DNA of 64,000 bases. It comes from Podarcis tiliguerta. Its lineage: Eukaryota. Shown here piece after piece: positions 12,965-24,667 of this stretch. Below the pieces are notes generated by a model that was given only the letters and a program-made list of their open reading frames with translations, made no database searches and had not been told where the DNA came from. Position numbers and translations under genes: made by a program. The stretch lies in the NCBI GenBank assembly GCA_965153285.1, contig OZ229113.1. One strand, written 5' to 3'. The first letter of the stretch is position 1. Each line of letters begins with the position of its first letter.

Positions 12965-13263
12965 GGATGGCAGCACGAGAGTGAGCCTTTTTGGTGGTGT
13001 CTCCCCATTTGTGGAATGCTCTCCCCTGGAAGGCTCACCTGGTGCCTACATTTCATATATTACATATATTCTCTGCAACCAGTGCTTTGGCTGATTACCA
13101 TTCTATGGTCTTTTAAATGTTTTTGTGGGAGGGGGTTTATTAGTTTGTTTCTGTGTTATTATGTATTTTGTGTTATCATTTTGTATTTTTATGTTGTGAA
13201 CCACCCTGTGATCTTTGGATGAATCAATCAGTCTATCAATCAATCAATCAATCAATCAATCAA
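12965..13263 (+). mobile_element. Degenerate L2-like LINE 3' end followed by (TCAA)n
   Basis: Similar to the 44112-44380 element (GCCTT...TGTGGAA..CTCCC...TTGTGAACCACCCTG); microsatellite tail. Confidence 0.55.
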
Positions 13264-14003
13264 ATACTCCTTTCCCCCTGGGCATTTCATTAAAACAATT
13301 TAGGAGGCAGACTGTCGTAGAGTCATGGGCATCCCATATAATCTGTTTGTATTTTAATGACATTTAATAATCACCTACGCAAGTGTTTGTTATAGGTGTA
13401 GCCAGTTCTGTCTGTAATCCTTTAAGCGCCTGTCCATGGGAAACATATGCCATCAAGTAGCTGTATGAATTTACTTTTCTAACAATTCCTACCATCAGTG
13501 CCAGGAACCTTCAGTTGTGCTTCTTTTCCACATGGGAGCCACTTATAAGTAAACAAGGAAGATTTTAAGGGATGTGTACATTAATTTTGAGAGCTTAAGA
13601 TTGCAGAGGACATCATGCAGAATTATCTGGTAGTTGATAAACTTTGACTTAATGCACACACAGCTGTGAATTAATTAACATATGCCCATGCTAAGTTAAC
13701 TTCTGATTTCAATAGGACTTAAATGCTGATATTGATAAAACATAGCCTCTATACAAGTAAACTACTAAACTAGCCCTTGTATTCCAAAGTCCAAAGAAAT
13801 TGATAAGCACCACAGTTTTACAGGGCATAGTGATTGTTAACAGAGGGGGAAAGTTAATTCCACTGAACATGCACAGTTCCTTAGGCACATGCCAAATTAT
13901 TTTCTGGATCTACTTTGCAGATTTCAAACACTAACAATGTTATTATATTATATTTAAAATATATTATTTATATCTGTATGTGTTTTGTAACCTTTTTTTC
14001 CAG

Positions 14004-14074
14004 ATTCTCTTACTTCACCTGGTTCATCCTTGTTCAACGATTTTGCTGCCCTCAGCTTATCTCAAAGGAGAAAA
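14004..14074 (+). CDS. PAN3: PAN3 exon 4 (DSLTSPGSSLFNDFAALSLSQRRK)
   Basis: ttttccag|ATTCT...AGAAAA|gtaggt; 71 nt; phase 1 to 0. Confidence 0.95.
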
Positions 14075-14307
14075 GTAGGTATTGCCAGAGTTTCTAGATA
14101 ACAAAAGAACCACTTGCTTTATTACATACAGCAACTGATAGCTTACAGAGTAGCATCAATTATATATATGGCCATATGTAATGCACATTTCTGGGCATGC
14201 ATTTCAGTTCATTTACACAATTGCTTGTAATTGTCCAGATCAGTGCACTCTAACTTGATCCTCTGCCCCTCACAATACAAGCAATGCCTTTCCACAATGT
14301 TCTATTC

Positions 14308-14435
14308 GGTGCAGTTTTTTTAGAAAAGGAGGTGTCGGAACTCACCATGAATGCCGCCATCATAAGAGAGAACAAGGGAAATGGCACTCACCTGAGAGGT
14401 GCCGGAACTGAGTTCCGGCTGAATAAAAGCCCTGG
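14308..14435. mobile_element. Short DNA-transposon-like repeat (MITE)
   Basis: Internal repeats of GAGGTG(T/C)CGGAACT and the palindrome CCGGAACTGAGTTCCGG; ends AAAAGCCCTG. Confidence 0.55.
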
Positions 14436-17400
14436 TTCTATTGCAATTTGTGGTAAAGACAACATCTTCAAATAGGTGTCTATCAACTTTTATTCCAAAC
14501 AACTCTTGATAAATCCGCTGTTTAAGGAGAAAACTTCCTGCAGTAGTCACATTACATAGAGCCATGAAAAATCTGTAAACCATAGACTGAGTAGTTTTTA
14601 CTCTACCCCCTGCAGAGAATTTTAAAATTGTGATCATTAAATGCCCACCAACTTATCAAAGCAGTCACTTTCCCTTTATTGAACTTCTGGGGGTTTCTGT
14701 TGTAAAATTTTCAAGATTAGTTAGCTTCTCTTTGCTTGTGAAAATTGCAATAAGAAACCAACATTTAAAATTTAATATTATGCCATGTCCTTTTTATTGC
14801 TTTCCCAAGTAACAATCTTTTATGTGCCACTTCATTAAACGAATGCTGTTCTTTGTTGATATTGAAGACTTCTGATCTCAAGACTTCACATTACAAAAAA
14901 AATAAGAGTTAAGACATTTTTGTCTTCCCTAGGCAAGGTTTGGCAAAGTCTGGGACATTGGCCAAAACTGATTGGTCCCCAAGCACCTTTTCCCTTACTC
15001 TTTTTGGCTGTAATATATTAAAGTACAGTAAAAAAAAAATGGTTCATTCTCAAGGGAACCAAAGTTTAACAGTAAAATTAGCAGAAGATTTTTATTGGCT
15101 GAATAGAGAATAACAAATAATTTGACTGCTGTCACAAACCGAAGTGACTTTGGGGCTTCTTGTTCTTTGGGTTGATACAGGCAGTAGTTTGTTTTAATGC
15201 CCCACTGTCCTATTTGTGTATATATAATTTTGCAGGTTTTTGAAGCATTGCAAAAACAAGTTGGATTTTTAGCAAAGACATATGGAGGGAAAATGCAAGT
15301 GTGTCTGTGCAGGTGGTGATTGCTTTATTATAACTTCAGGGAACACACAAGACCACTAACAGGGTTTTCATCCCATCTAAAAGTATGTGAAGGCATAGTT
15401 TGCATAAATAAATCCTTCTAAGAGAGAAATACACATGTGCTTGGATAATTGCAATTGCTCAAATAAAAGTCACTGTGATGTGCAAGTCATGATGACTGTG
15501 TGTACATCCCTAGGTAGGGGTGCTGACTCGTACAAATGAGGTTTTGACTCCTGGCCTTATTGCAAGGCCATCAACAGCCTCACACACTCAAGGAGGTGGT
15601 TGGATAATTGCCACTGAATGTACAAAGCCAGTTTGGGGACCCTGAACAATATACTCCCACACAAGCATTGCACCATTTACTTCATTCGCAAAATAGTTTC
15701 TGGGTAATACATTTCAAGATTAGGGCGTTAGGTTGTCAGCGATTTAAATAACAGGGATTTAAGAACAGTTAACTGTCAGAATGTTATACTAAGATCTGCT
15801 GCCACTGAAACAACGGGGATAATTAGCAGGGGTGGACTTTGGTAATATGGCACCATAAGTGAGGACATAATTTGGCGCCCTCCCGCATCTTGGTTTCCAT
15901 TCTGCACATCCTCTAAAGTGCAGTACGTCATAGTTTTGCTTCCTCCTGGCTCGGCTTTCCTGTGTAGGAGAGCTGCACGTACCACCCTAAATCCGGTGCT
16001 GTAATTAGCTGCCTGTTAATGTTGTACACTTAAGCCAGTAGAATATAGGAAGTTTTGATTGTTAAGCCCCTCTGTGGTGCATATGGCAGACTCAAGTGTT
16101 AAGTGCATTGCAGTTTTTGTTCTGTTACACTCTTGTTTTAATTTTGTAGGAGAAATTTGCTCTTCTGAGCAATTAGGGTGCACTGTTGTGGTTCGGAAGG
16201 CCGGAATTTTTTTTAAGATCTGAGGAGCTTTTCTGTAAAAACCGTCTTCTTTCCTTGTGGAAACATTTTGGATGGATGATTTTGCTTGAATCTCTTGTGT
16301 CCTAAAAGCTGGGCAAATAAAGCCTACAGGGATGCAATTAGCATTCTTTATAGTAGGAATAGTGGTGGGTCTTGGTGCAATAAAAGAGGCAAAAGGCATT
16401 TTTATTTTTATTTTAAAAGGGCTATTTGAGATTTAAAACATCACTGCAATAACATTCTGCTTTTCTGGTTATCTTTGTAGTTTGAGACTAGCGTGTACAA
16501 GTTTCAAGCAGAAGGAATATTGAAGTTACTTTAAGTTGTCTTTCTGGTCTGCGGTTTCACAGCAGTCAAAGTTTTTGTGGAACGATGGCATTCAAGTTTA
16601 TTAGTTAATGGCTTCAGCTGCCTGTGCGCCTTTACTCATGATTGAGGGATTGGGTCACAAAATTGTGCTATTTGTCTACTAGTCCCTTCTGTCTCGCTCA
16701 TGTACAGCCAGATTAGTGGTAAGAATGCTCAGTTTTGGTACAAAAGTAGCTACAAATTGTGCTGTGTGTGACATGCGGGATACACACACAAGAGAAAAGG
16801 GCATTATATTGTAGCCATTCCCATCCTTTTAATTATTGCTAATGACTGGTATGCATTATAGCTTCATTGAGTTTTCTAGGTGCAGCATAACAAAAGCCAG
16901 GATTTTGGTTGTTCAATCTGTTATGTCTTCAGTTACGTTGCAGATGGAGGAAGTACTGGTCACTAAGGATGTGTTGTGAAATTGAATTTGCATTTTTGAC
17001 TTTGCAATTTGTGTCTCAACATTTTAAAAATGTGGTCTTTTAAAGAATGTTGAACGAGGCAACTTTAATCTATTGTTCCATCAGTTAAAATGAAATATGC
17101 GGCATAGCCTAAGAGTTAAAATTTAACTCTACTTAAAAATCCACCAGAATTTAACTCTTTTCTCTGACTTCTAATATTTATCTTCACATTTTCAATTATT
17201 CTCTAACATTGGGGACATAGCTGTATAAGACATAAGACAGTGATAGCTAAAACCATTCCAGGTTTTGCAACTCTTGAGTAAATCGCCCCCACTCCAGTGT
17301 CTCATATTGCCAAATGCTGAGCAGCATAACACCATAGCATGGATGAGTAACTAATCAAGAGTTGATCAGCATGTTTCCCCTTTTTCACATTGGTGTTTTA

Positions 17401-18507
17401 CTGCTTCCTCTTTTCAATTGTATATATGCCGATTGTACCCCAGAATATAGGTAATACAAAGCATGTTAGAGTTCTATCCCCCCTTGGCATACATGTAGGA
17501 CTGTTTTTGGAAATGTGTCCAGTCATGTCAACACCTCACATGCAGTCTGAAGTGGCAAGACCAAGCACATTTTACCCCATCACCTATTTCTAGTGAGAAC
17601 AAGGTCACAATTTTAGCACTACTTATCCAGTGCTGTTGTTGGTTGTTTAGTCATTAACTACGAAGGTTGCTAAATTGGGCCATGTTATCACTTTAACCAG
17701 TTTAAGCTGAGTATTGGTTTTTCTACAGCTTTTGGGCTTCCAGCTTAATCATAGGTTAATCCAAGGCATAATTATTTGTAGTTGAAATTTCCCCATCTTG
17801 CATTGATACATACTTGTTACTGAATAAATATGGACTATGCTGAAATTGCCAAACCCAAGGCAAATCCAGTTTCTCATTTTATCTGTTTCTAAAACCATTA
17901 GTCACTGTTGGGACAAAACCAAGAAACAGGTGACCACAATGTGAAAAGATCCATGCAACTGGACACTCACTTCCCAGTCTCAATCTTGCCAAATCTACAT
18001 TTATTTAGGTTGAGTAATAAACGTATCCAGATATTGCAAGGGGGAGGAATGAGCTACCACATCCACTCATTTTCCTGTTTTTCAGATCAAAATTGCCCTC
18101 TCAGGGTGTGTTTCCCTTTTCAGATGGATATGCAGCTCTGGATGCAGTGATTTTGAGCTGAAAAATAAGTAGCAGGGAAAGAGTTAGGCAGTTCTTCTCC
18201 AGCCACTACTGACTAAAAATTGATTGAGCCTTGGAAGAGACATATATAATTGAGTACCTTGCTTTGAACAGAGTTGGCTTTATGGAAAAAAATCTTCAGG
18301 AGATCTGAATTGCTGCTTAAGTGCTTGCATAGCTGGTAATCTAAACTCTCATCAAGATCTGCATAAAACTAGTTGGGCACATACATTAGGTATTGTTAAT
18401 GTAGAAAGGCTTGGTTTCTTGTCTAATTTAGTCATGTTCTTTTAAGTTTAGCTTGACAAATGTAGATATGGTTTCTTTTGGCGTTCACCTGTTTTATTTG
18501 CACGAAA

Positions 18508-18545
<38 letters not shown>
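18508..18545. repeat. (GT)n(AT)n microsatellite
   Basis: Seen directly. Confidence 0.9.
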
Positions 18546-18869
18546 TTCAAAATATATCTTCTGTTTTTTGAAAATGAACTGTTTCAGTCGACATGCTTCA
18601 TAAGCACATGTTTGTCATATAAGCAATGGTGATTTCAATCTTCTGCAAAAAACCCCATTTAGAACAGGTTGGATGAAATTTCATTATTAGTTTAATATTC
18701 CTGTGTATGTTGTCTTCTGACCTTACTTAAATATTCAGAAAACAATTTCATATCTTTTTGCTCTGGGTAATGTTCTTACCTCTTGATGGTTCTTTGTAGA
18801 TACTGAACTTTGTGCAGCACACTTCTGAGATTTTACAATGGGTTGTTCATTCAGAGAGTAGATGGCCAT

Positions 18870-18964
18870 CTACCATGGATGCTTTAGTTGAGTTTGCTGC
18901 ATTACAGGGTGTTCGACTAGATGACCCTTGGCGTCTTTTCCAACTCTACAATTCTGTGATTCTC
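18870..18964 (+). mobile_element. CR1 3' tail fragment
   Basis: GACTAGATGACCCTT...TTCCAACTCTACAATTCTGTGATTCT, a typical CR1 terminus. Confidence 0.7.
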
Positions 18965-20875
18965 TGTGTGGGGAGAGGTGAACTGAACAAGTAGATATTG
19001 GATTCAAGCATCCATGAGATCTGTTTTGGAATTAATATGTCTTCAATGAGGAGCGTAAGCTAAGGTCTGCTTCCAATCTGTTCCTGTAAAAAAATAATGA
19101 GAAGTAATTTTATCATGGGTCCATCCTAGGATAACTACATTGCAAGTATTTTGTATGGGTAGTTGTACTCCAGCTTCATTGGAGCGTGTGGGGAAGACAC
19201 CCCTGGTTTAGAATAATTATGAGACAAGAACTTTCCATGGGTATTTTGAATGGAATGGGATATATACTGGAGGAGCAAGCAGTATATCTATATCCAGCTA
19301 ATTTTCTTGATGAGCCACTTAACTGAGCAATGGACAGTAAACCAGCTGTTCAGCTTCAATTTCTTAAAAGTTATCTGCTAGAAAACTTTATTGCTGCATT
19401 TAGTAGTAGGCACTGCACCTTAGGGCCAGCTTTAACCCAGTGTCAGACTTCTGCTGTAGCTTACTGAATACTTATTTTGATGAGCAGGAAGCTTCTCTAG
19501 TGACATGAGTTTATGGGTCATTAAGTAAGTGATTGCTTATTATATACAGCTCAGAGTTCATAATTTTATACTGTCTGAAAACTCAGCAGGGCTTTCTTCA
19601 CTGTCAGCAAGGATACAGCTTGTAAATAAGGATAGTTGCATTTCATAGTAAACCTTTGAGAGCCTATTGTGTGTGTGTGTTGCTGAATTGTTGAGTAATT
19701 ACTGTTCTTGGAATTACTTTTATTACTTCATATTTACTTTGATAGGCAAGATGATACCTTAATTTTATAAACACGTCTGGGGTTTGAATGTACACCTTCA
19801 AAGCTTAAAATAAAAAGTATTTCATTATCACCACCTGTGTGTACCAGTAAAAACAGTTGTAATAAGAGATTATATATATGCCTTTCTTTGTGACCAACTC
19901 TTTGCGACTAAATATGTTAACTTGACATGGACAACATTTCAAGGAAAAATTGTCTATCTCCTTTTGAGACATTTATGCCAGAACTTCCAAGGTTTCTATT
20001 TTGAACAGTTGGATTGTATTTAATGAAATCTTACTCAGAGTAGACCCACTGAATTTACTGGGCTTAAGTTAATCAAATCTACTGATTTCAGTGGGCTTAC
20101 TCTGCCTATATTTGTTCATTTACAACCCATTATTTCCAAACCCAGTCCTTTCTGTCCTCTGGAATCTGTTCATAAATTCAGGTGTAAGAATTTAGTATCC
20201 TGGTTGGAGGTATGTAGTAGGCAAAGCTTTTGGTTTGACCTGGCACTACATATTTCAAACAAGTCTTAGTTTATTTGAAGTGATATAGATATGACTTTTC
20301 TAATGAATTAGGACCAAACTGTACAAGCCAGCTTGTTCTGCAATCCTATTGGATTTTCCTGGGAGTGAGTCCTATTAAATTCCGTGGGACTTACGGTATT
20401 TCTGAGTAAATATGCACAGGATTGCACTGCGAGTCAAGGTGGAATCTAATTGGTGTCCCCAATTGGGAAGTGGAGGGAAAGTGATATTGTCTTCCTACTG
20501 CTCTCCATGCCACCCTGTTCTGGAGTGTTTCCCCCCATCTCTCTGGCACTGATGTTTTATGGGTGCTGCGGGGGGGGGGGGAATGCCTCCCTTTCTTTTA
20601 CATTAGTAGGGGTATCTGTCTGCAGGATCAAAAGTTCCTCAGTTAAGTGCAAGGGCACCAACTGGAATCCACTCCAAACTATTTTGGCTTGTTGACCTCT
20701 CTCAACTTCCTTTTCCAAGCCACGGCAAGTCAAATGACCAGAGTCAGAAATTTTACTTGCAAATTGTTTCCTATTCCACCAATCAAACCAAATATATGTT
20801 CTCATCTAGTTCTAGTTTGAGTTTCAGACTAAGGGATGTTGGGAGTGCCCTGGTTTTTTTCCTTCTTTTCCATAG

Positions 20876-21037
20876 CCAAGGAAGTATCGACTGGGGATGC
20901 TGGAGGAGAGAATAGTTCCGGTGGGATCAAAGGCAAGAAAATCAAAGAACACTATTGGCTGCTTGGCTGACAGGTGTAAAACAGGAGTACCCATCAATAT
21001 GGTTTGGTGGAACAGAGTCACAGAAAACAATTTACAG
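20876..21037 (+). CDS. PAN3: PAN3 exon 5, symmetric 54-aa cassette exon (PRKYRLGMLEERIVPVGSKARKIKNTIGCLADRCKTGVPINMVWWNRVTENNLQ)
   Basis: ttccatag|CCAAGG...TTACAG|gtaaaa; 162 nt; phase 0-0; matches the long-isoform insert of mammalian PAN3. Confidence 0.94.
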
Positions 21038-22395
21038 GTAAAATTACTTTTTTCTAGTCACTTTAATTAATTTTGGCTACTATTTTTATTTTTTCAAAAA
21101 TGCTGAAGTTAGATACATATGATGGGCAGAAATTTGGCCGAAATCTTCACAGGTCAAATGTACAAATGACAACAAAAGTGACTATCTAATAAACTACACA
21201 CTTCTCAACTAATGTTCTGTATCATCTAGTTTGGGTGGCAAGAGTAATCTATTTTAGGAAAACACCTTAGAAGTTGAAACTTATTTTCTTTGAAATAGCT
21301 GAAATAATTTGAACAGTATTTAGACCCTCCAGATGTTGCTAGACTGCAGCTCCTGTTATCGCTAAACATAGGCTGTGCTGGCTGGGGCTGTGAAAAGTTG
21401 AGAGTCCATCAACATCTGGAGAACCGCAGATGTTTCAGAGAGCAATCGTAGTGCAAAACTATGTTATCTTATTTGTACTCCTTATCCTGGCCCACAGAAG
21501 AAACTCACTCAGCATCTAGTGACTTAAATTGCCTTTGGTTATCTTTGACTCTACTGTGAGTAGGAATAGATGTCTGGCACTTTCTGCCCTGTGATTAGCA
21601 CCCTAGGGACTTTCAAAGGGCATTATTGCTATAAGTTGTGTTGAGGCTCTAGATGGGTACTTGTTCCAGTGGAATACAGAGGCACACTCAACCTCTAAGA
21701 TAAAAACAGACTGAGACAAGAGTAGTTCACAGAATTAGCATGAGACTGGGAAGAATGGTCACCCAGTGAATTTACCCCCCCCCCTTTCTTACAACTCTTG
21801 TTTGCTTCCGCTGTACATGGGAACAATAGCATTTTTACTGTTCTTTGTATAAATCATACTAATAGTTTTCTTGTGTAGTGCCAGGTAGTTAATGTAGCTT
21901 GTAGGCTATACTGTTGCACAAGTCAGAGGCGTTGCAGAGGATGTTTTCCCCTTTAGGACTTGACTTACTCAGTGTTTGCTTTGGCTGATCTTAGGGTTAG
22001 AACGACCTGATTTCAGTTAAACTGTGATTTGAAGTTAAGTGTGTCTTTGGTTTCACATCGGAAAAGTCATACAAAAAGAGAGAGAGAGAATGAACTCAAG
22101 CTGATTAATTTAGTGTTGCTGTTGTGTGGCGGTGTTTGTCAGTAGTTGAACTTAAGTATCCAAGAAGGAAGAATGGTTTACAGCATTCCATATTGTACAT
22201 TATATAGAGACATCACAATGCATGTGCAAAGGGTACGTGCTAAGTAGGTTGCTGAACTGAAAGGTTTTGTAGAAAAATGTGGCCACTTCAAGTTTGCATT
22301 GTCCTCCCCCCCATCTAGCAACCTGTGTTTCTCACTGCGTGTATACACACACACCTATATACACACACAGATTGCAACCTTGGTTATTTTAATAT

Positions 22396-22500
22396 ATGAA
22401 CACCACATTATCTGCTGCTTTTATGGAAATCATGGAAATTTTACTTCTCTATTCCACCGAAGAGCTCAACGTTGTGCGCTCCCCGCACCCCCCAAAAAGA
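22396..22500 (+). CDS. PAN3: Candidate PAN3 alternative first coding exon (MNTTLSAAFMEIMEILLLYSTEELNVVRSPHPPKR)
   Basis: 35 open codons end exactly at AGA|GTAAGT in phase 0, matching the exon 6 acceptor; strong Kozak ATG at 22432; in-frame TAA just upstream of the first ATG. Confidence 0.6.
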
Positions 22501-24590
22501 GTAAGTTTGCCTGAGAGAGTGTCACAACTGTTTTTAGTTGCTAGGTTTATGAATATTGAAAAGAGCCAGATTGATGTACATAAACTAAGCACGTTGGCCT
22601 TGTTTGTATGGATGTTGTACTTCAGTTCTTGCACATCATGTATGATTTAATGGAATTTGCAGCATTAAATCGCTGCGTTGTGGTATAATACACCACTTGC
22701 AGCAACATCTGCAGTAATTGTAGATTTGGCCTGTACATTCTGCAAATCTCTGTTTTATACATGTTGGTCCCTTAACATGTTTCCATTGCAGCTTGTAAAA
22801 CAAAGATGTAGGGTCTCATTGTTAGAACCCAGAGCCATTGCCAAAGGACCAGGCTTCAGCATCAGCATAGCAGCAGTGCTGTTTCAGTACAGAAGTGGGG
22901 ATAAAAGTCCCCCCAATGCAAGAATGATTTGACTTCGGAGAATCTCAAGCTAATATGGCTCTTACAGCCATTTAGACTGCACTAGGTGGCCTAACTTGCC
23001 TGTCCTCTCCCTCATGTTCACCTCCATTCTCCTTATCTGCAGCACAAATGAGCCAGGAAAGGGTGTGTGTACATTGTGTGGATTGCAGGATCTGCAGCCA
23101 GTGGATAAGAATCCAGCCCACTATCTCATGCTACTGAGCTCTTTTAATTGTCGTACTTTAATTTCACTATATTGTAGAGGTGGTTGATTTGTGGCCAGTC
23201 TGTAACCCTCCCGAGGATTCTGATACTGGGATTAGCCTTATACTGGGATTCTGAGAATCTTAGTGAGGTGGCAAAGCTGATGTTTATGATGTTTATTATA
23301 ATACATTTTGGCCTTATTCTGTAAACAAGACATAGAAGTCATGATCTGAGGCATAATGGGGTCACATTGTGACCATTGTGTTTTGAGTTTTTTAATTATC
23401 CATGTTGATCTCTTCTCAATATAAACTATTCTAGAAAGGAGCATGACTTGATGTTTCATAAGGTCAGTTAAAAAAAGGTCATGCATGTGCCATTAGCTAG
23501 GTTTTGATCAAGCAGAGTTTGTAATAAGACACATGGTTTTTTGCTGCTCTGTAAATTTAAATAATTTGTTAGTATAAACCTAACATGTACTAAAGTTAAA
23601 AAGGACCAAGCAGATTCCAGAAGTGTAGTTGTGTTAGTCTGTTATGATGCCACAGTCTCTTGACCTTCAAGGCACCGTAACATTCTTTGCTGAATCTTGA
23701 GAAATTCAGAAAAACACTTCCAGGATATTTCAGTTTTTTCCTGTATTTTAGAGTCTCATTTCAATTAAGCATTCAGATGTGTACATGATGACAGATTTGG
23801 CCCTTGTTTGGTAAATTGTTTACTCTTCCATCTAAAGAAGTATGTTGTGACCCTTAGTTGGAATTTGTGAATGTACTAGTTTGTTCCTGAACAGTTACAG
23901 CTTTGAGTTTTTCCCTTTTGTTGCTTCCTTAAACAGTAAATGCAATTCTAGAAAAGCAATTTGAATTTATTCTTCTAGACCATGAATGAAGAACCCAAGG
24001 TCTGTAGACAGTAAAAGACTCTTACACATCATTTCTGTGTAACCACTTGCAACCAGCTACAACATGTTATCTGTTAATTTGGTATCTCTCCCTCTTCCCT
24101 GGTCCAGCTGCAGCCCATCTTCAGTGAGGATGAGAATGTTGTACCTTAAGAAGATACAGAAGATGCTTGCCTTAAGGCTGTGTGTTGTGGGAGGAGCATG
24201 CTAGTAATAGACCTGACAATAGAAGCAGAGCCTGAGGATCATAGTGCTTGTTTGAGAAAACCTACGTTGTGGGGAAAGGTTTTGTGCCTGAGTTCTGGCA
24301 GAAAGGGGAGAAACAATGTCTGTCTGCTTTGAAGAAAATGTGTACATGTCTGTTTTAAGGAAGAGGGAGAATGTTTATTGCTGTGATAGGTGCATACATT
24401 ATGTAGAATATATTCAGGTATTTGTTGAGATTCCCTCAGGGTCCCTTCCAACTCTGCAATTTTATGATTCAATGTGGAAAAAGGAAATGGGAGTAGTGTA
24501 ATTTTTAACATGTGTGAAGACAGTTGGCTAATCAGCATTTTTATACTATGTGAACAACTTAGCTTTATATCTTTTAATTAAACTGCATAT

Positions 24591-24667
24591 GTTGTTGTTA
24601 GTTGTTTAGTTGTGTCCGACTCTTCGCGACCCCATGGACCAGAGCACGCCAGGCACTCCTGTCTTCT
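24591..24667 (-). mobile_element. 5'-truncated Bov-B (RTE) LINE 3' end
   Basis: GTTGTTTAGTTGTGTCCGACTCTTCGCGACCCCATGGAC...; 9-bp TSD ACTGCATAT at 24582 and 24668. Confidence 0.8.

Noticed and set aside
14284-14475. ORF just downstream of PAN3 exon 4
   Set aside because: It lies over a MITE-like repeat and has no PAN3 similarity.
16481-16718. Possible stop-containing cassette exon (tttgtag|...GTG|gtaaga)
   Set aside because: Such splice-like pairs are common by chance in long introns; no independent support.
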